DNA of 64,000 bases from Guillardia theta CCMP2712 (Eukaryota; Protista; Cryptophyta): the NCBI RefSeq assembly GCF_000315625.1, contig NW_005434639.1, positions 532,134 to 596,133 of the forward strand, given 5' to 3'. The notes beneath the pieces were generated by a model that saw only the letters and a program-made list of their open reading frames with translations, was not told where the DNA came from and did no database searches. The position numbers were made by a program, and so were the translations under genes. Of this stretch, positions 1 through 19,329 are shown piece after piece. Every line of letters starts with the position of its first letter. Position 1 is the first letter of the stretch.

Positions 1-7963
<7,963 letters not shown>

Positions 7964-8329
7964 GATCGTCTTGCTTCTCCTCCCTTCCAAGGAGCGTGAA
8001 GTTCAGATGGGAGCGAGAGGAATCGGTTTGAGCGAGAGAGGACAGTCGCCGTTTGATCTCGTTGGGCTCCACCAACTCCAGGGATGTCAATAAAGCAAGT
8101 CATGTCATTATTCCAGTCACCTGCTTCCCCAGCAATTTCGAGTGATGACTGAGTTGATCCCTATTTCTGCTTGACAAGTCAACTCGATTGTGAATGACGA
8201 TGTCAACATGAACATTCGCAATACTGTAATCTTCATCTTCCATCATCATGATTTACATCATCGTCAACACCACCAACCATCATCATCACAATCGTCGACA
8301 TCAATCAACAGTCGTCGACTACCTTATGC

Positions 8330-9410
8330 TCAATTCAGAAGCAAAAGGAACGTGAGAAATCATCTTGGTCTTCTCCAGTGCAGCACACTTGGGGGGGACA
8401 ATCTTCGGAAGCTACACAGGAATTTACCCTCCTCCTCCTCCTCCTCCTCCTCCTCCTCCTCCTCCTCCTCCTCCTCCTCCTCCTCCTCCTCCTCCCACTT
8501 CTCCTCATCATCGCCTCCTGCACCACTACCACCGATAATAACAACTACTACAACACGTATCTCACTTCTTTCGGCTCATCCTCGTCAGAGAAGTCCAAGA
8601 TATCCTGCAGTAGAGCATGTCTTCACTCCATCATTGTCTCCCATCTCCGCTCCTCTCACCTTCCTTCCTGTCGTGTTGAGCACGTATCGCTTCCTCTCGA
8701 ACGACGGCACAAAGAGATCATCTGTCCTGGTTCTGTCCTGCTGCTGATCATTCGACGGCAAGTCATACACGTTCACATCGGTCAACAGCTCCTGCTCCAC
8801 CTTTTCGTTGCTCTCAATGCCAGCGCTCTTGTGCTCTTGCGTTGTCTTGGTAGCGTTCAGAAGCTCATCGACATCCTCAACAGCCCACGAATCATCTGCA
8901 TGGCAAGTTGGTTGTACATCATGCTGCTGCTGCTGCTGCTGTTTGCTGCTATCTCTTCATTACACTCACTCCTCCCCTGTCCCTTCTATACCACCCAAGA
9001 CTGCTGCTACCTCCTCCTCTGCTTCACCTTGCGAGATTTCCGCACGGCTCTTGGGGCCGCTCAACACAAACTTCTCGATCTGATCCAATGGCTGCCATTC
9101 AAATTCGCTCTGCTTCCATGATGATTCTGCGTGCCCGTCGTCAGTCTCGATGTTTGCTCAACACACGGAGAAACGCACCAGCAGCTGCATCTTCACCGAT
9201 CGGCTTTGCTATGGCCAGACTCGACAGCCGTTGCTTCGCCTCTGACGCACTGATCTTCTCGCTCCTCACAGGGCGGAAATTCGTTTCTCGCTCTTTGAAG
9301 ATGGAACCCTTCTGTGGAGCCATCTCGCCGCCGCTCTTGCCAACGGACACCGACAGCTCCTCTTCCAGCTTGTTCAGGAAAGTTTCTTCATCCTCATCCA
9401 GCACTTTCAT
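8330..9410 (-). CDS. Hypothetical multi-exon protein, acidic/hydrophilic
   Basis: ATG at 9410 (MKVLDEDEETFLNKLEEEL...) and a further exon-like ORF at 8585..8800, separated by GT-AG introns. No recognisable domain; 3' end uncertain. Confidence 0.45.
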
Positions 9411-9761
9411 GCTCGCGGCAAGATCGACAACTCTCTGTCAACGGCAAGCGCTCAAACTTGTATGCATTAGTCTGACATGGCCGGGGAACAGGTCAGTCCT
9501 GCACATAGCATTGTTTTCCCCGCCGACAGCATTGTGACTCGAGTGCACGAGTTTGTTGGCGGAGGTTGAAAGATCTCATGATTGAGTTCAGTCGATTCAA
9601 GTTCACAGAAACTGAACACAGCGAGGAAATTTGCTAACGTCCTGCTCTTGTAAGTTCCTTATGATCAGCATGGTTTGAGTTGCATGACTCTGGTTGAAGC
9701 CTCGTTGTCCCTCGGTCTCTCCTCACCTCCTCCTCCTCTCCTCATCGCTTCATCTTCCTCG

Positions 9762-9798
<37 letters not shown>

Positions 9799-10342
9799 CC
9801 AAGAATTTTCATCTAAAACTGCAATCCGTTGACCGCCATAGTCATTCTTGTACCCCTCCACCCCCCTCCACCCCAACCCCCCCACCCTAAATTTATTTTA
9901 TAAATCGGTACTTCTAGAAGTAGCAACAACTGAGAGTTGTATAGGTCCTTCGATGATGGTGGGAGGAGGAGGAGGAGGAGGAGGAGGAGGAGGAGGAGGA
10001 GGAGGAGGAGGAGGAGGAGGAGGAGACGCGAGGTCGAGGAGACGAGAGGATAAGAGGCGGAGATGCCTATCAGAAAATCTTGCTTCCTGCGGGTTATGAT
10101 GTTCTTGCATAACAGTGTGGCCTTGAAACCTTGTTGGTGCGCGGAGTGCAGGATTGATATGACACAACCTACCTTGAGACGTCATCAAGCAATGGCGGGC
10201 ATGAAGGGTTGCATGCGAGGTCGTGTCCTCACAAGAGAGCAGCAAGCGGGAAATCATCGCTTCATTAGGTTGCTGTGAGACTGTGAGGCAGCACAGTAGG
10301 GGAGCTTGCAACGCAGACTGCGAAGGACGTTGACTTGAAACC

Positions 10343-12868
10343 ATGGGAGGTGCGATGGTGAAGAGCTTCAAGCGCAGCAGCATCATCTCGACGCTGTCCA
10401 GCAACATCTACCCTTGGTCGACTGGGGATGACGGGGGGGACGAGGCGTTGCTGGACGAGCAGTTGGGGATGCAGGAGGAGCAGCCCCCCAGCCCACCGAA
10501 TCCTGAGATACAACGGCTGATCTCAGAGTTTCTGGAAGCAGAGACAAGTGACAAGATGGAGTTTGAGAGCATCGTTGAGAACACAGCCAAGGCTATCCAT
10601 GCTGAGATGAAGGTGATGCCGGCACAGTCTACAGGCAGCAGTGACTCGACAGTCAAAGAGGATGTGTATCCGATACACACTCCACAGCGATTGCAGGAGA
10701 TTCTCAACACACAGCTCCTCATCTCACAGCTCAAGCGCGAGATTGTAGTGGAGGTAAGACTTGCATGCCATCTCTGCTCGTACCTCTCCCCAACGAGCTT
10801 GTAGGAATGGAGCAATGAGAGACAAAACCTCGAGTCCACGTTCCAGCTCTTCAACCATCAAAGAAATCTGTATAATGCCTTGCTGACGTATCTTACTGAT
10901 GGTGCTGATTGTTGTTCATGCAGCACTGCTCAGGTTGAGGAAGAGACCAGGGAGCTAGAGACTCTCGCTCGTGAGGAGAAAGAATTGCATGAGATCATTG
11001 TCGAGTACAAGAATGACATCAAAGGAGTTCTGATGAGACAGCGGATGATTCAGATGGTAAAAGATCAGAGACTTGTCGTCTCATGCTGATGCCACTGACA
11101 GAAAATCGAGTCAAGAAGCAAATCGAAGCAAGAGCGTATCCTGGAGGACGAAGAGGTTCGATTCATGGCTGCATGCAACCCTGCGCCCTGATGCCTGTCT
11201 CAGCTTGCTAGACTGGAGGCAGAAGAGCGGTTTGCTGAAGCCGGCATGAGGCATGAACTGACTTTGGCCGAGGTGACGCAAGAGTCTTGTTGAACTCTCT
11301 TGACAGCTGCAGAGCAGGCGACGAAGTTGAAGAAGCTGAGACTCAAGAAATCTGAGTGGATCAAGAATGCAGAGGCAAGAGAACAAGAAACCAAAGATTA
11401 CCGGGACAAGCTTGCAAGATTTGAAGGCGAACTGCACAGCACACGATCAAGACTAGAAAACGCGAAGAAGGAGGTATGGGTTTGCGTTGCTGTTGAGAGG
11501 TTGAGAGGCAGGCTGTAAGGTTGCATGCAGGAGGAGCATATGATCCTGAAGATGAGAGATCAACGAGAGAAACTCCGCCAGTCACAAGAAAATCTCAAAG
11601 AGATCAATATGCTGATTCTGCGAGAAGTGGGCGAGAACTCCCCCGACCACAACCCTCAAGATCAAAGGTCTCCTTCGCAGATGAACTCTCACAGGAAGGA
11701 GGAGATAAGGACGCACGATGGATTTCTTGTGATCATCTACACGCCGAACGCCTTTCCTTCCTCTGAAGCGGATGAGAAGCTGTTTTCAGTCTCTTGCTCA
11801 CTGCCCGATATCAACCTGCAGGGATTGGACGACTACCGGGTGATGATAGACAAATACCCTTACCCCAAATGTCGTCGGGAGGCCAGTTGCTGGTTCGACG
11901 TCGAACTTGCTGGTGAATATGTGTTCTGCTTGTCGACAAGAGCGAGAGCATTGCTGTTGGTCGATGACACCTTCGTGTTGGAGACAGAGAGTATAGGGGA
12001 GGCACAAGGAGAAGAAACGATCAGCGGCAGGGTCAGAGGCTTTTTCTGTGAGTTTTTCTATGTCGGTTGTCAGATCGAGCCACCCTTGAAGGAATTTCTC
12101 GTCACTGCGACATGCAACTGGTCTGATATCATCTCTGACATCAACCTGCCGAGCGCGAGGGATTTCTTGGACTGTGACCCTCACTGCCCGCTCGAGTACA
12201 TGGTTGTTCGGTGCTCGGGTTGGTTGCACATCCGCCATCCAGGGACGTACTTGTTCTCGCTGGAGTCAGAGGATGGGTCTTATCTGATCGTTGATGATGA
12301 GCTGGTGGTCGACAACGGGGGGGCACACGGGTTCTGCTCAGCGAGGAACTCAAAGTTCTTGCAGAGGGGGGAAAAGAGGGTTGAGGTTCAGTTCTTCATC
12401 AATGAAGGAAACCCCGGGCTGGTTGTGACGATGAATGGACCAGACACTGGAGGGGAGGAGAGGCTGCTGAGCGGATACTGCACGGATCAAACGGGGAGGT
12501 TGAAAGGAGGAGGATTGAGGTCAAGGCAAGTGCATCAGGGAACGGGTCTGGAGCAAGGGAGTGCGAGGGCTAGGGGGGACATTGAAGTAGCAGAGAACGG
12601 CTCGGAGGTTTCAGACTCAACTAGCTGCAAGTCTGTTGGTGTGGTCTGCTTGCGGAAGGGAAGGCATCAACTGGAGCTGACGTGGGAAGAGGAGGAGGCA
12701 ATCTGCTTGAGGTACAAGGGACCAGATACCCTGCAGGTGGAGAAGATGGTAGGAGGGTACCACCAACCGTCTGCTCTTACAGACACTCTCAGTATATGGA
12801 CCAGTCCAACGAAAGAGTCAGATAAGCTGGAGTTCTCGGAATGGCAGGAGAGGTCACAGTCACTCTAA
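10343..12868 (+). CDS. Coiled-coil protein with C-terminal PA14 domains
   Basis: Short coiled-coil exons (10343..11518), then a 447-aa terminal ORF with a PA14 signature (VRCSGWLHIRHPGTYLFSLESEDGSYLIVDDELVVDNGGAHG...VEVQFF...GPD). The start may lie further upstream. Confidence 0.75.
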
Positions 12869-13099
12869 GGCAAGTGTAATATAGATGGAAACACTAGTCG
12901 TGTATTAAAAAGCAAAGTTATGTTTGTGTGTGTGAAATGAATTTGAAAAAACGGACGGTCACGGAGTCTGTACACATCAACACCGATCGCTCAACTCTCA
13001 ACAATTACGGGCACCAAGTATCCTGACGAAACAACATTTCACACTTCAACGGCATCCTGCACGGAAGGTAGTCTGACAACCCTCTTCGTCCCAGCCTCC

Positions 13100-14360
13100 T
13101 CACGCAGAGTCGAGGCTGCTGGCAGAGTCGCTCTGGCACGAGCTGGTATCCGTCGACTCCTTGTCGGAGCAGATGACCAGGTCCACGAAGACCGGGTAGT
13201 GATCAGAAGCGTCGTCCATCACCCGCTGGTACTGCTGCACCTTGGTCGACTGCAGCCCTTTGGACAACCAGACGTAGTCGATGCGGAGCAAAGGCTTCTC
13301 GACCCAGCAGGTGGGGCCAGGGAACTTAGTGTCCTTGGTCATCCCCTCCACAGCCTTCTCGGGGTCGAAAATCTCCTCAACGTGGTTCATGCTCTGGTAG
13401 AAGCAGTCCACGTATCCTCGAGTCTGCATGTCGCTGACTGCCTGCGTCGTCTCCGGGGGAGGAGTCCAGCCCTTGCTCTTGGCGTCGTCCAGGATCTTGT
13501 TCCACTGCTCCTCAGAGCAGTCGGAGCGCTGGAAGGCGTTGAAGTCGCCGCAGAGGATGTGAGGGCCGATGTCCTTCATGCTGGACATCATCTCGGCCAC
13601 CTGCTCTACACGCAGCTCCTCCGACAGTTGGTCGAGGTGGGTCACGCAGAAGGTGCAGAACATGTCTTGCTCGAGCTCGACCTTGACGGCTGAGAAACAC
13701 CTGTCCTCGGCCTCGATGCGCCTGCCAGCCTGTCGCATCATCAACGTCAGAGGAGACGCCGAGGGCAAGAGAGTTCAACAACACCTGATGGCGGGGATGA
13801 GGCTTGACAACAACGTGAGTCTCATCCACAATGGGGAACTTGGATAGGATGGCGTTGCCATATCCAAACTTGCCGAAGTAGCCATCGTCGGTGGCCTGGC
13901 CGAAGCTGATGAAGGGGAGGTGGAGAGCCTTGGCAAGAGCCTCAAGGTAGGGGAGCTTGTTATCGGTGCTCTTGGCTACGAAGCCATTGCCCTTCCCACT
14001 CTTGACAAGATCGAAGTAATCCTTGGCCTCCTCTGGATCCGAGGGTGGGCGGTAAGGATGGAGCACCTCCTGAAGGGCGATGACGTCAGGGCTGATCTTC
14101 TTGAGCACAGCAACAAGGCGATCGAAGTTGTCGTTGTGACGAGTGTCTCGCCACCCGTGGATGTTGTAGGAGACCAGGCGGGCCGGGCGGTAGCCAGTCA
14201 AGACAGTGTCAGCTGCGCTGGCAAAACTGAGATCGACATCGAAATCGTTGCTCCACAGCGTCTCGTCGATGACGCGGGGAGATGAAGTTCTTGTGAGATA
14301 TTCGTCCTTAGAGCCCAACATTTGCCTGATCGAGGACTTGGTAACTGTGTACTGCGACAT
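13100..14360 (-). CDS. Endonuclease/exonuclease/phosphatase (EEP) family protein, two exons (intron 13784-13730)
   Basis: Motifs SYNIHG, DVIALQEV, GNAILSKFPI, THLD, ILCGDFNA, RIDYVW and SDHYPV. The two ORFs are joined by a 55-nt GT-AG intron. Confidence 0.92.
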
Positions 14361-14889
14361 TCTGAAGAAAAGAGAGAGAGAAACTGTTTTTCGCTCTGTA
14401 AGTCTACTTGGGCTTCGTCCCTCCACGCTTGTAGCTATGTCGGAACGGAGAGTGGGTTGGTCTTTTCGCTAGTATTTTCGTAAATGTTCTTCGAGCTTTC
14501 CTGGTGTCTTGAATCCCTGCGAACATCCATTAGCTTGTAATCACACACAAGTTGAAACCACAATAAAATTGACCATTGAAATCTTTCACTGATGTATTCC
14601 TACATTGATTCTCTACTTGGAAACAGTCTTTCTCCCTCTACATGCCATTTTCCTGTCTGCAACCACACCAATCCTGAATTCCTCCAGGTCTATTCCTTGA
14701 CGGGTTGCCCTTCAAGTCGTAATCCGGCCCAAACTCCAAGCTCCCAACACTTAATCTTAGCTCCTACTCTGAGACAAGCATGCTTTTTGCTTCATCCCTC
14801 GACTTTCTCCTGCCATCGCTCTTGTTCCTGCTCCTCCTTCTCCCTCCCTTTCTCTCTGCCCGGTTCCCTGCCCCGCCCTCCTTTAAGTG

Positions 14890-16380
14890 AAGCTCTTCCC
14901 ACAACCACCCCACCCCTCTTTTTCCTTGTCATTACATCTGAAGTCCACCCCTATTTCCATAGCCCTTAGCACCCTACCTGTCACACGGCTTTCCGCATGC
15001 AGACATCACCCCAGTACCCCTACTTTGACCATTTATTCAACCCCTTCATCCAAAGGTCATTACCCCCACCCCTCATCCAAGATCTAGACCCTGTCTTTAG
15101 GTAGATCCACCCCTTTTCTAGAATTAGCTAGAACCCCCTACCTTCGGTCAGCGGCTTATAGATTTGAGGACCCCCATATACAACTAAGGAAATCTTCCAC
15201 AGATACCCCCACCCCCAATATCAAAATCTTGTTTCACCAGGACCCATGTACTGTGCAATGGCACCATCCTTTAGAGCGACACTTGTACCGGTACCATCTA
15301 CCCACCGATGGCAATGGGCTTATCACGGATCAGCTGACACTACCACCCACCCTCCTCTTTGTACTATACCCCCGCAAATTTGGGAGAAATCGTTTCACCC
15401 ACCCTTCAACTTAACCTACCCTGTAGCTTTTGTTAGCACCCCCTGTATCCCACATGCCATATATGGAGACCACCCCCTTTGAACCAGTCACTACCCACCC
15501 TGGACAGCATCCCCATCGAATCCTTTTTGGATGTCTTGATTGGTATCTCAGGCTGATGAGAGTACCCCTACCCCCTCTGAGATACCCATGGAGGGTGGGC
15601 GAGCGCAGCAGAAGGTTGCCGGCTTGCAAGGGTGGGGGTTTGTGGGGTTTTGTATGTTTGAAAACTCTATACGGCAACCCCCTCCATCCCTACCCCCCAC
15701 CCTGGCATCACTCACCTACCCCTACCAATACCTCCAACTTTTGGCATCAAATCCCTCACTCGTGATCACCCTGACGGACCATGTTGCGGCTAAACCTCCG
15801 TGGGGGTCCCATGGGGTGCACCCCCTACCCCCCTAGTCCCCACGGAGCTGTTTTGTATCCGGGAGTAGGCGTTGTTTCTGTCGCTTATGCCCTTACCACC
15901 CCCACCTTATTTCATGCACGTTATCTAACTCACCCCCCACCCCCAAAAGCTCATGATTGTACCCCACAGAAGACCCAAGATTTCCTATTTTCACCCCACC
16001 CACCACTATTATTCCCCTGAAACTATGATATTATGAATATTTGTAAAAAACAACGTGGTTTAAAATCAATTTTATTGGTGGGGTAGTTCTCACGCTTAAG
16101 ACCTGGCTTGCTAGACTGACACACAAAAGACTGGGTACAGCCCTGGGTGGTACCACGAACAGGGAGAACGGGTGGGTGGGGGTACCAAAACGGATAATCA
16201 GCAGGGTGGGGTCAAAATTGGAGTGTGTGTGAGGGGCTGGTGGGGGGGGGTCACGAGGGTTGGCGAGGCAAAGTCACGAGGGGCGATGGCAGGATGACCT
16301 TGAGGGGGTAGGGGGGTGGTATTCGTGGTGCAAATACAGGGAACTATTATGTATATGGGGTGGGGTAGTGTGTGAGTGGA
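14890..16380. repeat. Non-coding ACCCC/GGGGT-rich low-complexity tract
   Basis: Dense CACCCC/TACCCC words, mostly C-rich up to about 16020 and G-rich after that. No credible ORF. Confidence 0.55.
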
Positions 16381-16458
16381 CTCGGGAAACTCTCCGAGGG
16401 AGCGGCCGCCACTCCTACTTGTCTTGCAGGATGATGCGTCGCGCTTTCAAGGCTGTGG

Positions 16459-16489
16459 TCTTTACTCAAAGTTAAGTTAAAAATCAGTA
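16459..16489 (+). repeat. Dispersed 31-bp motif TCTTTACTCAAAGTTAAGTTAAAAATCAGTA, copy 1
   Basis: Identical to 29308..29338. Confidence 0.9.
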
Positions 16490-16519
16490 CGAGGACAATC
16501 AGGAGGTGGCTGGCAGCCT

Positions 16520-16980
16520 GGCAGAGCCGCGGCGGCTCGGCGAACTTGTTACACTGAGCTTGACTCAGTGAAGGAAACGGCCGGCCCGGCAGCCCGGGCC
16601 GGAACCGGCTTGCCTAGGCTTTCCGCGCGACTCATGATGATCGGATCATCATGGCATCCGCCGAGTCGAGTCCCGGAGTCCGATCCCGGATGACCGTCGG
16701 CCGGCGCCGGGCAGGCCCAGGCCGGGCAGGAGAGGCCCGGGATCCGGGAGTCACGGTCCGGCGGACTCCCGTACCGTACGGTCGCGGGGATCACTGGCCC
16801 GGATCATCGGCGGGCCCGACTCCGGCGCCGGATGCCGCGCTGCCGCGCTGCGCTGCGCGCTGCTCTGCGGCTGAGTCCGCCGGGCGGCGGCCGGGCCGAT
16901 CGGACCGGGCCCCGGCGGCGTCCGAGGTTCGGATCCCGGGCTTTACGGCAATGTTCTTTAGTACGGTCACCCGGGCTACA
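16520..16980. other. GC/CpG-rich island dense in short palindromic words (CCGG, CGGCCG, GATC, GAGTC/GACTC)
   Basis: Sharp compositional shift from the flanks, with the same vocabulary as the islands at about 28.7, 31.3, 40.3 and 41.7 kb. Confidence 0.7.
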
Positions 16981-17448
16981 AACCTGCCAGCGAAAATGGT
17001 TTGCAGGGGTGAGTTGGGGGGCGGGGGGCGGGCAGGCTGTACCTGAGGGAGAGGCTGACATGAATGCTGCCGATGAAGCGAAGGAGGGAGAGTCGAAGAT
17101 GGTTGTTGTTAGATGACGAGAGGTCATATAGCACTCAGAAGTTGCTGTTCTCCCTTCACTTTCTAGTTCTTCATACGAGTTTTCTGACCATCAATCGAGC
17201 GGCACACGAGCCCCTTTGGAGTGTTTTGGTGTTTGGTTATGCGATGAGACGTGTGTCTCATACGTTTCTGAGCTGAAATCCTTTGTCTGTCATCGATTAA
17301 CTTGTATGGATGTTGAGGCGTTTCACAGTTACAATCTTGCTCCTGCTCACGGCGCAAACTGTTAACGCGTTCACATTCTCGTCCTCAAGCCTGGGGTTGC
17401 TATCGAAGTCGGGTTGTAGCTTACAACTATTAATTTTTCTCTCTTAAC

Positions 17449-19163
17449 TTGGGATTTTCACCAGCATGTTTGGGGGAGGTCGCGGTCTCACCCCGCTCAT
17501 CCCGGGGCTCAATCCTCAGTACCAAGATGCAGCAGGTCAGACAGAACTTTCCTCCTTCTCCTCGTCCCATCCAGAGCGAGACGATCTTGTTCGTTGTGAC
17601 GATCATTCAGATTCGCGGCACATGTCCCATCTGCAATCAGCCTGTCACGACGGCTCAGCCTCGCGAGCTCGACGAGAACGGCAAATACTGCCATTCTGCA
17701 TGTGTGCAGGAGAAACTGAGCGCTCAGGTACGCACAGTAGTCGATGACCCTCTCCTTCTCTTCTTCTGTCTGACATATCTATCTTGACGTCATCGCGCTC
17801 ACTATCTGTCCTCCAGGGTTTGACGCAGATCAGCGCTGCTGAGCTTGAGGAGCTGAAGGCCCTTGCGGAGGGTCGCCCTGCGCCGAGCAAGACTGCGCAA
17901 CGAAAGCAGACTGGAGGATCGAATCCCTTCTCCTTCATCGGTAAGAGGAGAGAGAGGAGGGGGGCGGGAAGGGAGGGAGGGAGGGAGGGAGGGAGGGAGG
18001 GAGGGAGGGAGGGAGGGAGGGAGGGAGGGAGGGAGGGAGGGAGGGAGGTAGGGAGGGAGGGAGGAGAGAGAGGGGGAGAGAGCGAAGGGGGAATTACTTT
18101 GCCCTCAACGCTTTGTAGGCAACATGTTCGGATCGTCCGCTCCATCTGGACCGGAAATGCCCGATCTCCCCACCTCCGCCAGCAGCCCCCCGTCCATGCT
18201 TGATAGGATGCAGCAGTCGACTCAGGTAGGCGCGATGGTCTTGCCCCTATTTCAGAGGAAGGAGGGTGACGAGCAGCTGCAGGCGCCGCCTACCCAGCAG
18301 AAAGTGCAGGGCGACAATTGGGAGATGGCGTATGATCCAGCATCGGGAGCTCCGTGAGTTTATCGTTGCTCTAGAGCCTTTGGCGATGACAACCCAGCTG
18401 GGCAGGTACTGGTACAAGGTATCGACAGGCGAGTCGACCTGGGAAAACCCATTTGCCAACGCCCCAGCTGCTAGGCCGACTGCTAAGCCAGCTGCCCAGC
18501 AGCCAGCAACGAGGTCCGCTGCTTCTGTGCAGCTCCCACAGGGGCAGAGGTTTGACCTGATCGCTGGTGCGAATTAGAATGACGGCTGACTTCGCTCCAG
18601 GATCCAGCCACAGGCGGGAATGCCTATCCCGTCCTACTGGCAGGTGAGCAGAACGAGTTGGTGGTAACTCCAGTACTGATTGGAAGGACAGGAGGGCAAT
18701 GAGTACTTGTTGAACAAGAACAACGTGTTTGAGATGGGAGAGGTGAGAGAACAAGCGGGTGGGGATTAGGGGTTGAAACGAAGACGAGGACGAGAGAAGG
18801 GGAATCTGGGACGATCTGACTTGGACACGCTGCCACTGTGACAAGTTCTTGGGCAGATCGTCGCCATCCTTCGCTCCGATGGTGAGATTCGCTTCGGATA
18901 CATCGTCAACGTGAACGCAAAGAAAGACATCTCGGGCAAAGTGGTTGCCACCACCACGTGATCAATCCGTCGAGACGTCAGCCCCCGCGGCCTAATGACC
19001 TTGTTGGTCAGGTACGACGTTCAGGTGGACAAGAGCGGCTCCTTCTATCAGGTCAAGGCCTGCTGGACTTGTGCCCGCCAGTATCTGACAGGATCAACAG
19101 GGAAGATACGCGGATTCCATTTACAAGATTACGTGGGTCTGGAGTCATCTTAACGACCTTTGA
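17449..19163 (+). CDS. Multi-exon protein with a small Cys/His Zn-finger-like module, a WW domain and a C-terminal beta-rich domain
   Basis: CPICNQPV...KYCHSAC; WW domain split by an intron (NWEMAYDPASGAP|YWYKVSTGESTWENP); later exons IVAILRSDGEIRFGYIVNV and DQQGRYADSIYKITWVWSHLNDL*. The start may be upstream (~17064). Confidence 0.65.
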
Positions 19164-19329
19164 CAAGCATGCAGGTATGACGTCCGCTCTGTTGGAATCG
19201 TGCTGGAGACGCAGTCCAACACCGGCTGGATCTGAGCTGCCATGCTTATCAAGAGGCCTGCAGGACAAACCTAATCTACAGGTAGAGCTTAGTGGGTAGA
19301 GCTTAGTGGCTTCTGCTCTCTCAACAGAT

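Noticed and set aside
16549-17127. Overlapping Arg/Pro/Gly-rich ORFs in GC islands (also 28538-29117, 31513-31792, 41676-42220)
   Set aside because: Stop-poor GC-rich DNA with no domain signal or splice pattern.
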